A DNA stretch of 64,000 nucleotides from an uncultured Christensenellaceae bacterium (GCA_910587455.1 CAJULK010000008.1:19929-83928); one strand, 5' to 3'. Counted from the stretch's first letter, positions 23,819 to 34,844 are shown. The notes: generated by a model not told the origin, from the letters alone. Numbers and translations are program-made.

Positions 23819-26800
23819 ATGGAATCTGTATTGATTTCTATAGCCATAGTGGTTGCCGTGTTTTTGGTTTTCGGAACGGTGGTCAAGCCTCACAAACCGC
23901 GCTTTCGCATGGGATCGCGGCTGTCCCGCAATGCTTTGTTATACCGTATAAGCGAACTCGGAAAAACTTGCCGTGCGGTCGGGCACGGCAGCGGTTTGAG
24001 CGGTAGCGAGCTTTATTCGTTGCGACGGATAGTAAAATCGGCACTTAAAAAACCTCTTTGCGGACTCGATAAGAATTTGTGCGTGTCGGATAATGCCTAC
24101 ACATTGCTGCGCGGTATAGACATGTCGCGCAATGCGGCAAGATTGAGTCACACGTTGCCGCACTGCGGCATATATCCGCGGGTATTTTTATTATGCCGAG
24201 AGCTTATATGCTCTACACAGTGTGCGATTAGTAAAGACGTATTCTGCGAGGCAGTGGAGGATTTTCAGAAACATGCAGAATTGACGTTTCGAGAACTCGA
24301 TATATTAACGAGCGTAGCGGCTTATTGTTTATGTTTGGCGCTGGCTTTCGATATTACTGACGAGCAGGCTCGCGAGCGAGAATATTCCGCAGGGGTTTCC
24401 GACGGAAAAAAGGGTAAGATAAATCTCGACGCACTTTCGTCGAGCGATTATATATGCGGTTTGCTTTCCGCCGTATCCGAAGCTGAGCGTCCTTCGTTTG
24501 AAGCTGTCATGATAGGTAACAACGTAAACATCGACGAAGCGGATCTTGTCAGACGGGCAAGGCTGTCTGGCGTGGCGGCAACGCTGAGTTCCGTTGTGCA
24601 ATCTTTACAAATGCTCGGAGAAATCAATTATTCCGCGGTGGAATTTTCTTCGGTATCCAAGATATTTTCGGTTATTCCGTCATATGCAGTTCTCGGCAAT
24701 GACAAAAAAGCGGAGTTATTGGAGAAGGTAGCGCGCATATCGGAAAAATCGCGCGACAGCGAACTTGCGGTTGCACACCGATTCGCGGACACGGCAATGA
24801 CAATCGACAGCGATTTGGCGGAAATTATTAACGGCAAGCCGCTTTCGACGGCTGCGATCGTATTTCGTATCGCTACACCGTTGATGCTCGTTATTGCGGC
24901 GACAGTGCTTGTCGGCATTTTCGTACCCGTTCGCTATGTTGCGGTGTTTCCGGTCTCGGCGCTTGTGATATACGCGCTGTTTAGACCTATAACGGGCTTG
25001 CCGAAAAGTTTAAGGAAAATTATCTTCTTCAAACCCGAATTTTTGCGTAAAAAGCGGCTGGACAAAACGAGAAAAAGCGGCGATGTAATCCGATTCGGGG
25101 GAGAGCCCGATTACAAGCGAAATATTCTGCACGGTAAGGACGCCGAGCTTGTTTCGGATAATCGCGGCGTGCTTGAATTTTCGAGCGGCGGAGAGGCGTA
25201 TGTTCTGGATATATTCGCGTCATCGGATGACGGGCGTCTTACATTGCCGATGTGCGACGGCACGTTCGAACGTCACGGCACGGTTTACAGAGCGGCAGAC
25301 CGTTCAATGGAATTTGCTGCGGAATTTATAGCGCCGCTCGAATATAAGAGCGCGGTTTGTCGGGTAACTTTGATCAACAGAGAGTGTTTGCCGCGTCGTG
25401 CCGAAATTTCGGTGTCGGTCATTCCAAAATCCTATGCTGTTGTCGGCACCGTGCCCGTGCGTTTCGACGGCGGCAGCGGCGTTATGACAAACGACGGAAA
25501 AATCGGGCTGGGGGTTGCGGACCGCTTAATAGACGACGTCGTTTCGGAAACGGCGGGCACTGGTTTACTTTCATTCATCGTTGCATGCGATCTATCCGGT
25601 TTCGAGCGCAGAACGGGAATAATATCGGTTATTTCGGGCGAAAGACAAGCGCTCGGAATGATGTTTTCGGTTGCGTGCGAAAACGGATTTTTCGAACGGG
25701 AAAAAGATGCGTCCAGAGTATTCGGTGCTCTCGACAGATCCAAAGGTTTTGCCGCTTCGTCGGATGACTTCGAAACGTTTATACCGATGCCAGATGCGGA
25801 AGCATATAATTTGAGAGCGCCCTATGAACATGAGATGTTGCCTAACGCCGAATATTCGGCGGAGCTGTCATTCGGCGGGTTTACCGAGAACGGCGCATAT
25901 AGCGCCGAACCGAGCGGAGATATAGATCACGACTTCGGCATTGTCAATGCGGTATGCAACGGAAAAATTTATTGCGAAATGTCTTGCGCGGGGGCGATTG
26001 CCGTATATGCGCAAAGCGACGCGGGCGGCGGGCGTAAAACTGTTACAAGCAATGTGTATGCGGTGCTCGGAGAGGACGGAATTCTATGGTCTCCTACAAA
26101 ACATCCGCTCGGCGACGGTGAGCTTCGAGTTAAGCATTGCGTCGGTTACAGCGAGTATAAGAGCTTATTTAACGGAACGGCATGCGTTATGCGCGTATAT
26201 GCCGTCGAAAACAAACCTGCTGTCATATTCGATATTACGATAACCGGTACTGTAGATTTTACACGAAATATAGACGTCATGCTTTCCGCAATTGCGGCAG
26301 ACGGTTGTTCTACGGTTATATCCGACGGAAGAAACGGGGAGTATGTTGCCGCCGTAGACGGGGAATGTAACGGTATAGCTCTGTTTTCTTCTGAAAGTTC
26401 CGAATGTTTTACGGGCTATAAAGAGGGTTACTTCACACGCGGAAAAATCAGGCGGGTGCGCGATTTTGCCGTCGGCGGAACAACCGCAGCGCCTACGATC
26501 ACAGTCGCAAAAAGTTTATCAGGTAGCAGCGAGACGCGCATTGTTTTTTGCGTAACTACGGTATGCGGAACGCCGCATATCGACGGAATAACCGAGGAAG
26601 AAGCGGATGCGAGTTTCGAACGGGCCGAAAAAATGAGCGGTAAGCTTTTTGTGGTGCGTCCCGTAATGGGCGATCTATTATTGAACGGGTTGTTTCTTCA
26701 TTCGCAATATACGGCATATATCGGCGGCTTTATGCGTGATAGGATTTTCGGCGGGCTTCCTGCGGCTCGTGATATTCTATATTGCGCGGTAGCTTGCGTG

Positions 26801-27784
26801 CACGACTGTGAATCCGTGCGCGAATATATTTCTAATATCTGTGCCGCGCAGCGAACGGACGGGAAGACGGAATGTGTCGGAAACGACCGTTTTGCGCAGT
26901 TGTGTTTGCCTTTTATAGCGAAGATTTACGTTGACCGCGTAGGCGACGAATCGCTTTTTTACGAAGTAATGCCTTTTGCAGACGGCAACGCGCGGCTTTC
27001 CGTTCTCGAACATTGCTTGCGCGCCGTAGAATATTCTATAAACAGCATAGGCTCGGACTTTTGTTTTGATATTGCCGTATGCGCCGCAATGAGGATGTTT
27101 ATGCCGTATTGTTCGCATAGCCGCAAGATACTGTTCGTGGAAGCGTTTGCCGATACCAAATCCAAGTGCGACGGATGTTTCGACGGTAAAAGGTATGTGT
27201 GCGATGAGTTTGATTGCGAAACTAAAATCGAATCTCAAATTTTACCGGCGATTTTCGGAATATGTAATGCCGACGAATCGCGCCGAGCGCTCGATCGGGT
27301 CGGTGCTGCAGTTAGCGACGCAGGCTCTGTTTTCGAAATGTTGTTGTATTCTTACGCGCGGTATTGTACGGACGAGTTCGATAAGGCGTATTCTTCGCTA
27401 AGATCGGCCGGCGAGAAACTCGCCGACCGCTTACTGTATTGCGGTTCTTACAGTTGCGGAAACAATTCGAATATGTATGAAAACGGCGCGGAAAATGATG
27501 TTGCGCTTTTGTCCGCAATGTACTATATAGTTGTTTCGAAAGGGCTGTTGGGAATAAATTTTTGCGGAAACAAAGTGCGGGTCAATCCGTCGATTGCGCA
27601 AAATGTTCCGGACGTTCGATTCGATTTGCGTTCCGATCGCGGCATTGTACGCGTCGATGTGGACGGAAGCGGCGGTGACGGCGGTTGGTTGATGAAGATT
27701 GATAAAGTTACGTACGGAACCGAAAATATTGCTCTCGACGGAGAATATCATTCCCGTGTATTTTTCTACAAAAACAAAGGTTAA
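23819..27784 (+). CDS. degenerate cyclic beta-1,2-glucan synthase (Cgs/NdvB)/GH94-like membrane protein
   Basis: Residual motifs DNAY, PRVFLL, LTFREL, FGGFTENG, WSPT..P, EHCLRA, ENGAE; no recognisable GT84 or GDWND catalytic motifs. Confidence 0.65.
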   Translation: MESVLISIAIVVAVFLVFGTVVKPHKPRFRMGSRLSRNALLYRISELGKTCRAVGHGSGLSGSELYSLRRIVKSALKKPLCGLDKNLCVSDNAYTLLRGIDMSRNAARLSHTLPHCGIYPRVFLLCRELICSTQCAISKDVFCEAVEDFQKHAELTFRELDILTSVAAYCLCLALAFDITDEQAREREYSAGVSDGKKGKINLDALSSSDYICGLLSAVSEAERPSFEAVMIGNNVNIDEADLVRRARLSGVAATLSSVVQSLQMLGEINYSAVEFSSVSKIFSVIPSYAVLGNDKKAELLEKVARISEKSRDSELAVAHRFADTAMTIDSDLAEIINGKPLSTAAIVFRIATPLMLVIAATVLVGIFVPVRYVAVFPVSALVIYALFRPITGLPKSLRKIIFFKPEFLRKKRLDKTRKSGDVIRFGGEPDYKRNILHGKDAELVSDNRGVLEFSSGGEAYVLDIFASSDDGRLTLPMCDGTFERHGTVYRAADRSMEFAAEFIAPLEYKSAVCRVTLINRECLPRRAEISVSVIPKSYAVVGTVPVRFDGGSGVMTNDGKIGLGVADRLIDDVVSETAGTGLLSFIVACDLSGFERRTGIISVISGERQALGMMFSVACENGFFEREKDASRVFGALDRSKGFAASSDDFETFIPMPDAEAYNLRAPYEHEMLPNAEYSAELSFGGFTENGAYSAEPSGDIDHDFGIVNAVCNGKIYCEMSCAGAIAVYAQSDAGGGRKTVTSNVYAVLGEDGILWSPTKHPLGDGELRVKHCVGYSEYKSLFNGTACVMRVYAVENKPAVIFDITITGTVDFTRNIDVMLSAIAADGCSTVISDGRNGEYVAAVDGECNGIALFSSESSECFTGYKEGYFTRGKIRRVRDFAVGGTTAAPTITVAKSLSGSSETRIVFCVTTVCGTPHIDGITEEEADASFERAEKMSGKLFVVRPVMGDLLLNGLFLHSQYTAYIGGFMRDRIFGGLPAARDILYCAVACVHDCESVREYISNICAAQRTDGKTECVGNDRFAQLCLPFIAKIYVDRVGDESLFYEVMPFADGNARLSVLEHCLRAVEYSINSIGSDFCFDIAVCAAMRMFMPYCSHSRKILFVEAFADTKSKCDGCFDGKRYVCDEFDCETKIESQILPAIFGICNADESRRALDRVGAAVSDAGSVFEMLLYSYARYCTDEFDKAYSSLRSAGEKLADRLLYCGSYSCGNNSNMYENGAENDVALLSAMYYIVVSKGLLGINFCGNKVRVNPSIAQNVPDVRFDLRSDRGIVRVDVDGSGGDGGWLMKIDKVTYGTENIALDGEYHSRVFFYKNKG

Positions 27785-27821
27785 AATTGCATTAAAAAAC
27801 ATAACGCCGCATGTATCGCGC

Positions 27822-27850
27822 TTGAAATTGAATGAATACTGTGGTATAAT
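27822..27850 (+). promoter_or_regulatory. sigma-A promoter of rarA (probably leaderless transcript)
   Basis: TTGAAA-17-TATAAT ending 6 nt before the ATG; no SD. Confidence 0.75.
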
Positions 27851-27856
27851 CGTTTT

Positions 27857-29164
27857 ATGGATCTGTTCGATACCGTAAATTACGAAGAGAAATCGGCGCC
27901 GCTGGCCGAACGTATGCGACCGCGTACGCTCGATGAGTTTATAGGTCAAAAGCACCTGTTGCGTAACGGGTCGCTTTTAATGCGCGCTATTAGTGCGGAT
28001 AAACTCGGCAGTTGCATATTTTTCGGTCCGCCGGGAACGGGCAAAACCACCCTTGCCGGTATTATCGCTAATTCCACGAGCAGCGAGTTTGTAAAGCTGA
28101 ACGCCGTATCGTCCGGCGTCGCCGATGCAAAAAAAGTCATAGAAGAAGCTCGCGAAAGATTGAGATTGTACAACAAGCGTACATATCTTTTGCTCGACGA
28201 ATGTCATCGCTGGAACAAAGCGCAATCCGATTGCGTCCTGTCCGCCATAGAAACCGGCAGTATTATATTTATAGGCTCCACTACCGAAAATCCGTTTGTG
28301 GCAATGACTCGCGCCATTGTGTCGCGTTGTCGCGTATTCGAACTTAAACCGCTGTCCGATTCGGATATAATCGAAGGGCTGAAACGTGCGTTGACGTCGA
28401 ATCGCGGGTATGCGGATTTTTCGCTCGAAGTGACAGACGGCGCACTCGCTCATTTTGCTCATGCGGCAAACGGCGATCTGCGAAATGCCTATAATGCGCT
28501 CGAGCTTGCCGTAATAACAACGCCGCCTCAATGTGACGGGAGTATTCTTATAGACAGGGACGTAGCCGCGGAATCCACTCAGCAAAGGTTGCTTTCCGTA
28601 GACGACGGAATGTATTTCGATATGCTGTCCGCATTTTGCAAATCACTGCGCGGTTGCGATCCGGACGCGGCACTATACTGGGCGTTTCGGCTGATAGAAG
28701 CGGGCTGTGACCCTATGCTCATACTCAGGCGTACGCTTGTTCATGCGAGCGAGGACGTAGGACTTGCCGATTCTTCCGCAATGATGATCGCGACGTCGGC
28801 GATCACCGCTTACGAGCACCTTGGTGCGCCGGAAGGATATATTCCTATGACGCACGCGATTATCAAAGTGGCGACGGCGCACAAATCTAATTCGGTCATC
28901 AATGCTCTCGGTGCGGCTTCGGATGCGGTCAAGGAGCGCGCCGACGACAAAGTGCCCGATTATCTGCGCGACAGAAATTATAAGTCGCCGAACGACAGCG
29001 GCGCGGAATATGTTTATCCGCATAATACAGACGGGTACGTAACGCAGCAGTATTTGCCGCAAGGGCTTCGGAACAGTGAATTTTACGTGCCAAAAGACAA
29101 TCCGAACGAGCAGCGTATAAAACAGTTTTTGGATTTGATAAAACAACAAAGACGCAAATATTGA
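27857..29164 (+). CDS. rarA: replication-associated recombination protein A
   Basis: PLAERMRP, GPPGTGKTT, TTENP, SAFCKSLRGCDPDAA, SEDVGLA. Confidence 0.96.
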   Translation: MDLFDTVNYEEKSAPLAERMRPRTLDEFIGQKHLLRNGSLLMRAISADKLGSCIFFGPPGTGKTTLAGIIANSTSSEFVKLNAVSSGVADAKKVIEEARERLRLYNKRTYLLLDECHRWNKAQSDCVLSAIETGSIIFIGSTTENPFVAMTRAIVSRCRVFELKPLSDSDIIEGLKRALTSNRGYADFSLEVTDGALAHFAHAANGDLRNAYNALELAVITTPPQCDGSILIDRDVAAESTQQRLLSVDDGMYFDMLSAFCKSLRGCDPDAALYWAFRLIEAGCDPMLILRRTLVHASEDVGLADSSAMMIATSAITAYEHLGAPEGYIPMTHAIIKVATAHKSNSVINALGAASDAVKERADDKVPDYLRDRNYKSPNDSGAEYVYPHNTDGYVTQQYLPQGLRNSEFYVPKDNPNEQRIKQFLDLIKQQRRKY

Positions 29165-29175
29165 CGGAGGATTAT

Positions 29176-29901
29176 ATGCTTGAAATAAGTCATGTATCTA
29201 TGGCGTATGCAAACGGGAGCGTAAAGGCCGTGGACGATCTGTCGCTTTCGTTGAAAGCGGGAGAGATCTTCGGTTTTCTCGGCGCTAACGGTGCAGGTAA
29301 AACAACTACGATCAAAATGCTTACGGGGATACTTCCCGTAAAATCGGGCAGTATTTCTGTATGCGATCACGATATCGTTAAAGATCCGATAAACGCAAAG
29401 CGCAGTTTCGGATACGTGCCCGATTCGCCTATAATATTCGATAAATACACTGGTCGGGAATATATAGATTTTCTCGGCGATATTTACGGAGTTAAACCGA
29501 GCGAAAGAGCGGAGATCGCAAGCAAACTTTTGAAAAAGTTTGCGTTGGAAGAAGCGTTCGACAAAAGGATCAGCGGATATTCTCACGGCATGAAACAGAA
29601 AATAGCGATCATCGGAGCATTGATCCACGATCCGTCGCTGTGGGTGCTCGACGAACCTATGATGGGACTCGATCCTCCGTCCGCATACGCGCTCAAAGAA
29701 CTTATGAAAGAGCACCGCGACGCGGGTAAAACCGTGTTTTTCTCGACGCACGTTCTCGACGTCGCCGAAAAAATATGCGACCGTGTTGCGATAATCAATA
29801 AAGGCAAGCTCGTGCTGTGCGGAAATATAGACGAGATACGCGCCGCGAAAGGAGATGAGAGTCTCGAAGAAATTTTTATGTCGGTGGCGGCGTATGAATA
29901 A
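29176..29901 (+). CDS. ABC transporter ATP-binding protein
   Basis: GANGAGKTT, YSHGMKQ, LDEP. Confidence 0.95.
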   Translation: MLEISHVSMAYANGSVKAVDDLSLSLKAGEIFGFLGANGAGKTTTIKMLTGILPVKSGSISVCDHDIVKDPINAKRSFGYVPDSPIIFDKYTGREYIDFLGDIYGVKPSERAEIASKLLKKFALEEAFDKRISGYSHGMKQKIAIIGALIHDPSLWVLDEPMMGLDPPSAYALKELMKEHRDAGKTVFFSTHVLDVAEKICDRVAIINKGKLVLCGNIDEIRAAKGDESLEEIFMSVAAYE

Positions 29902-31540
29902 TTTTTTTATCGTGCTCAAAGCATTGTTTAAGAATAAATTCCGATTCGGCACCGAAACGTCTGACGGTAAAAAAGCGCTTTTGATATGCTTATTTGCTTT
30001 TTCGTATTTGGTCGTGCTTTTCTTTGTGCTTTTCACTACGGTATTCATGGGCGGATTTCTTGCTCAAAAAGGATTTGCTACATCGTTCTATTTGTTGCTG
30101 TTGCTGACGGGTGCCGGAATTGTTCTTATATTCGGAATAATATTTTTGGTCAATACACTGTATATTTCCAAAGATACCGATTTTTTTTCGATGTTGCCCA
30201 TTAAATCGTCTGTGGTGTTTGCGGCAAAGCTCGCTTACGTATATATCTGCGAAGCGGTGCTCGTAGTCGGTATTCTTTTGCCTGCCGTCATAGTATTCGG
30301 GATCGTAGCTCATGCATGGGCGTGGTATTATTTAATTTCCGTTGCAACGCTTGCCGTAGTTCCGGCGCTGCCTCTTGCGCTTGCGGCGATAATAGCCGTG
30401 CCTATAATGTTTATTGCGGGCAAAATGAAAAACAGAAATATCGTTTCGCTGATATTTTACGTAATACTGTTTCTGTCGTTTTTCGGGCTGTATGCATATA
30501 TAATGATTGCGGTGAATAATATAGGTGACGCGAATTTCGATACGGAGAAGATATTATCCGCTACACGAACGATAGGTTACGTTCTTTATCCTTATTCGTC
30601 TCTTGCGAACGCGGCTTTCGGAGTGTCGGTTTTCGGGCTCGGAGCAAGCGCTTCCGCTGCCGTCGAATTTTTTATTTTCGTCGGAATATCCGCGGCGCTG
30701 TTTGCGATCCTTTTGCTTTTGGGCAAGTTTATGTATTCGCAGTCGGCTAAAGCTAACAATCAGACTTATTACGGCGGCAAGGCAAAAAAGGGCGAGTTCA
30801 AGAGCGCAGGCAGCGTTAAAGCGCTCATTAAGCGCGAATATATGTGCGCTATGCGTACGACGCAGACCACGTTTCAATGTTTTATCGTATACTTTTTGCC
30901 GATTTTGTTTGCGGTAGTTTTCGGGTTTGTGTTCCGCAATATGTTCGACGGGCTGGAAGAGGGCGGCGTTACGGGTTCGCCGCTGTTCTTGTTCGCGGTT
31001 CTTGCTATAATGATGTCAATGCTGTGCAATGCGTCAATCACATCATTTTCTCGCGAAGGCTCCGCACTCGCGTCGCTGAAAGTAATGCCGATAAGTATCG
31101 GGCGTATTGTCAAATCAAAAGCTCTTGCTTGGATAAGTCTTGCCATTCCGTCGGCAGTAGTTTGTGCCGTAATTGCAAGCGTGTTTGATTTTTCGATAGT
31201 TAATCTGATTTTGTCGATTTTGGCATACTCAGGACTTGCCGTTGTGTATGTTATATTCGGCGTGCTGTGGGACTTGATATCGCCGAAGTTAAAGTGGACG
31301 GATCCCGTTCAGGCCGTTAAGCATAACACTCATGCGACTTTGGGTCAATTTATATGCATGGCGGGCGGATTCTTGTGCGTCATTATAGCCTCGGTATGCA
31401 TGGCTTTGCAGTTTATATCTCCCGTTATTTCGACTGCATTGTTTTGGATTACGCTGTTTGCCGACGTTGTTATATTTGCCGTAATCGATATAGTGCTTTA
31501 CGGCAGGATCGGCATTTATTATGACCGTATAGAAATTTGA
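29894..31540 (+). CDS. ABC-2 type transporter permease
   Basis: Many hydrophobic segments; FSREG..LK.MP motif; overlaps the ATPase gene. Confidence 0.85.
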   Translation: MNNFFIVLKALFKNKFRFGTETSDGKKALLICLFAFSYLVVLFFVLFTTVFMGGFLAQKGFATSFYLLLLLTGAGIVLIFGIIFLVNTLYISKDTDFFSMLPIKSSVVFAAKLAYVYICEAVLVVGILLPAVIVFGIVAHAWAWYYLISVATLAVVPALPLALAAIIAVPIMFIAGKMKNRNIVSLIFYVILFLSFFGLYAYIMIAVNNIGDANFDTEKILSATRTIGYVLYPYSSLANAAFGVSVFGLGASASAAVEFFIFVGISAALFAILLLLGKFMYSQSAKANNQTYYGGKAKKGEFKSAGSVKALIKREYMCAMRTTQTTFQCFIVYFLPILFAVVFGFVFRNMFDGLEEGGVTGSPLFLFAVLAIMMSMLCNASITSFSREGSALASLKVMPISIGRIVKSKALAWISLAIPSAVVCAVIASVFDFSIVNLILSILAYSGLAVVYVIFGVLWDLISPKLKWTDPVQAVKHNTHATLGQFICMAGGFLCVIIASVCMALQFISPVISTALFWITLFADVVIFAVIDIVLYGRIGIYYDRIEI

Positions 31541-31618
31541 CGTCTATCAGATAAAACTATTCGAAATACGCACAATAAAAATCACGAATGGTTGTGAAAT
31601 AAATTTTCGGAGTGTATT

Positions 31619-34285
31619 TTGGAATTTTACAATAAATCGGTAGCCGCAACATTGAATGAACTCGGCACGTCGCCGAACGGACTCACTGACGGCGAAGCCG
31701 GCATGCGCAGGATCCGCGACGGCGAAAATAAACTCGACGAACCCAAAAAAGCGAGCGTCGCAAAGAAGTTTTTCTTACAGTTCGCCGATGTGATGGTAAT
31801 AGTATTGATAGCCGCCGCGATCATCTCGGCGGTTATAGCCGTGGTAGAAAAACAATACGGCGATTTTATAGACGTCGGAATAATCATGTCGATCGTTCTG
31901 CTTAATGCGATAATAGGAACGATCCAAGAAAGCAAAGCCGAAAAAGCAATGGCGTCGCTCAAGAATATGAGCGTTCCGTTTTGTAAAGTGCGTCGCGACG
32001 GCGAAATCAAGAAAATTGCGTCGAGCGCACTTGTCACGGGCGATATAGTCATTCTCGAAGCTGGCGACGTTGCGCCGTGCGATATGCGGCTTATCAAAAC
32101 GGCTTCGTTAAAAGCCGAATCGTCTGCGCTCACGGGCGAATCGGTTTCGCAGGAAAAGTCCGCGCACACCATTTCCGGCGAAGTTCCGCTCGCGGACAGA
32201 TACAATATGCTGTTCGGCAGCAGTACCGTTACGTACGGCAGAGGCGAGGGGGTTGTGACCGCTGTCGGCATGAAAGCCGAGATCGGCAAAATAGCCGCTA
32301 TGCTCGGTGCCGAACAGAAGTCGGAAACTCCGCTTCGCAAAAAACTCAACGCGGTCGGAAAATTGATTTCCATAGCAGTACTTGTTATAGCGGCGCTTGT
32401 ATTTGTTATAGGTGTTTTGAGCGCCGTGGGAACGGGCTCGGTAACGCTTGACAGCGTACTCGATTCATTTATGACCGCCGTAGCACTTGCCGTGGCGGCT
32501 ATACCGGAAAGTCTTACTGCGGTTATAACCATAATCATGGCGCTCGGAGTTCAGCGTCTGTCCAAAAAGAATGCCATAATCAAAAAACTTCCTGCCGTGG
32601 AAACGCTTGGAAGCACAAACGTAATCTGTTCGGATAAGACGGGCACTCTTACGCTCAATAAGATGACGGTAACTTCCGTTTTTGTTGACGGAAAGTTTTC
32701 GGCTACGGGCGATGCGTATAAAAAAATGTTGTCGTGCATGTGTCTATGCAACGACACCGTTGCGAAAACCGAGAGCGGCAAATTTGTCACAATGGGTGAT
32801 CCTACCGAAACAGCGCTCGTCGATTATGCGCTTCGAGAGGGAGTAGACAAGACCGCATTGGACGTATCGTGCCCGCGTATAGACGAGATACCGTTCGATT
32901 CCGATCGAAAGCTCATGACCGTAGTAGTGCGAGAGCTCAGCGGCGATACGGTTTATACGAAAGGCGCGTCGGACGAATTGATTAAAAGATGTACGTATAT
33001 AGCCGACGGTAATGCCGTGCGCAAGATCACTTCCCGCGATATAGACGAGATAGAAAGTGCCAATAAAAAAATGGCGGGATCGGCGCTGAGAGTACTCGCA
33101 TACGCATATAAAAAGCGTGTCGGCGGAAATTATGAGAGCGATCTTGTTTTTATCGGGTTGACGGGAATGATAGATCCGCCGCGAGAGGAAGTGAGGGGCG
33201 CTGTCGAGTTGTGTAAAAATGCTGGTATCAACGTTGTTATGATCACGGGCGATAATCCCGAAACAGCGTTTGCGATAGCGAGCGAACTCGGAATATGCAA
33301 TGACAAAAGACAAACCGCAACGGGAGCCGACATCGAAAAAATGTCGGACGACGAACTGTATTCGCGAATAACAAAGCTCAAAGTTTATGCACGCGTTTCT
33401 CCCGAGCATAAGGTCAGAATAGTAAAAGCGTGGAAAAGAGCGGGTATGATCGTAGCTATGACGGGCGACGGCGTGAACGATGCGCCGAGTATTAAATCCG
33501 CCGATATCGGCGTAGGTATGGGAATAACGGGTACGGAAGTTACCAAAGAAGCATGCGATATGGTACTTGCCGACGATAATTTCGCTACTATCGTAACTGC
33601 GGTAAAAGAAGGCAGAACTATTTTTGCGAATATGCAAAAAACCATTCAGTATCTTCTCGCGGCTAATCTTGCCGAGGTGTTGTCGTTGTTTCTCGCAACC
33701 GTGATTTTCGCATTTACCAAAGATTCGTATGTGTTTTTGTTGCCAATACAAATTTTATGGGTAAACCTCGTTACGGACAGTCTGCCGGCTCTCGCGCTCG
33801 GTGTAGAGCCGCCCGAGGGCGACGTTATGAAAGAACCGCCGCGAGCCGCAAAGAGCAGTTTGTTCGGCGGAGGCGTAGGAATAAATATAATCTATCAGGG
33901 GCTGTTTCAGACGGCTATCGTTCTCGGTATATTTTTGGGTTGTGCGTTTACGAATTGGGGGCACGAAGCGGGAACGACAATGGCGTTTATGTCGCTGTGC
34001 CTTGTTCAGTTGTTTCACAGCTTCAACGCCAAAAGCGTTCGCGGCTCTATGTTCGGGAAGAATTTTTTCAAGAACAAACTGCTGTTCGTTTCATTCGCCG
34101 TCGGCGCGGCACTAACTGTAGGTCTTGCATGCTTGCCCGTAACGCACGACGTGTTTTCGTTGCAGTGGCTCGACGGCATGCAATGGCTTACCGTGATCTT
34201 GTGTTCGGCGTCGATAATTCCTGCGGTCGAAGCGGTAAAGCTGATAATGCGCTTCGCTCGCAAAAGAAACCGTAAGCAAGCATAA
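31619..34285 (+). CDS. cation (probably Ca2+)-transporting P-type ATPase
   Basis: LTGES, AIPE, DKTGTLT, TGDN, GDGVNDAP; TTG start. Confidence 0.95.
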   Translation: MEFYNKSVAATLNELGTSPNGLTDGEAGMRRIRDGENKLDEPKKASVAKKFFLQFADVMVIVLIAAAIISAVIAVVEKQYGDFIDVGIIMSIVLLNAIIGTIQESKAEKAMASLKNMSVPFCKVRRDGEIKKIASSALVTGDIVILEAGDVAPCDMRLIKTASLKAESSALTGESVSQEKSAHTISGEVPLADRYNMLFGSSTVTYGRGEGVVTAVGMKAEIGKIAAMLGAEQKSETPLRKKLNAVGKLISIAVLVIAALVFVIGVLSAVGTGSVTLDSVLDSFMTAVALAVAAIPESLTAVITIIMALGVQRLSKKNAIIKKLPAVETLGSTNVICSDKTGTLTLNKMTVTSVFVDGKFSATGDAYKKMLSCMCLCNDTVAKTESGKFVTMGDPTETALVDYALREGVDKTALDVSCPRIDEIPFDSDRKLMTVVVRELSGDTVYTKGASDELIKRCTYIADGNAVRKITSRDIDEIESANKKMAGSALRVLAYAYKKRVGGNYESDLVFIGLTGMIDPPREEVRGAVELCKNAGINVVMITGDNPETAFAIASELGICNDKRQTATGADIEKMSDDELYSRITKLKVYARVSPEHKVRIVKAWKRAGMIVAMTGDGVNDAPSIKSADIGVGMGITGTEVTKEACDMVLADDNFATIVTAVKEGRTIFANMQKTIQYLLAANLAEVLSLFLATVIFAFTKDSYVFLLPIQILWVNLVTDSLPALALGVEPPEGDVMKEPPRAAKSSLFGGGVGINIIYQGLFQTAIVLGIFLGCAFTNWGHEAGTTMAFMSLCLVQLFHSFNAKSVRGSMFGKNFFKNKLLFVSFAVGAALTVGLACLPVTHDVFSLQWLDGMQWLTVILCSASIIPAVEAVKLIMRFARKRNRKQA

Positions 34286-34391
34286 ATTTTTGACGAATAT
34301 AGTAATACAGTGTTGATTTATGCGGAATAATGTGGTATAATCAAAATTACGGCGGGATTCGAACTCGCACTGTATATACGGGAAGTGTTTT

Positions 34392-34844
34392 ATGGATAAA
34401 TGGGATGCTCGGTTTATGGATATTGCGCGCAAAGTGGCTACGTGGTCGAGTTGCTTTCAGGAAAACCGGCAGGTCGGCGCGGTAATAGCAAAAAACAAAC
34501 GCATTATGACTACCGGTTATAACGGAGCAAGTTCCGGCATTAAGAGCTGTAAAGAGAGAGGAGTATGCCTGCGCCGCGAGATGAACATACCTTCGGGCAC
34601 GCGTCATGAGCTGTGTTATGCAACGCATGCCGAGCAAAACGCTATCATACAGGCGGCGCGTATGGGAATATGTATTGACGGGGCGACGTTATACTGCACG
34701 CATCAGCCGTGCGCTATTTGTACAAAAATGATAATAAACAGCGGTATAAGTCGCGTAGTATACGCCGACGGATATCCGGACGATTTCTCTATCGAACTCT
34801 TCAAAGAAGCGGGAGTCGCCGTGGAAAAATTTTCCGCAGAATAA
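34392..34844 (+). CDS. dCMP deaminase family protein
   Basis: HAEQNA, PCAIC zinc motifs, TGYNG. Confidence 0.92.
   Translation: MDKWDARFMDIARKVATWSSCFQENRQVGAVIAKNKRIMTTGYNGASSGIKSCKERGVCLRREMNIPSGTRHELCYATHAEQNAIIQAARMGICIDGATLYCTHQPCAICTKMIINSGISRVVYADGYPDDFSIELFKEAGVAVEKFSAE

Noticed and set aside
31568..31580. ACGCACAATAAAA shared with the palindrome arm at ~43456
   Set aside because: A single AT-rich 13-mer match is expected by chance in 64 kb, and no palindrome is present here.
34348..34374. tRNA T-arm-like sequence (minus strand GCGAGTTCGAATCCCGCC)
   Set aside because: No acceptor stem, D arm or anticodon arm. The hairpin pairs better on the + strand, so it is more likely a 5' UTR hairpin of the deaminase gene.
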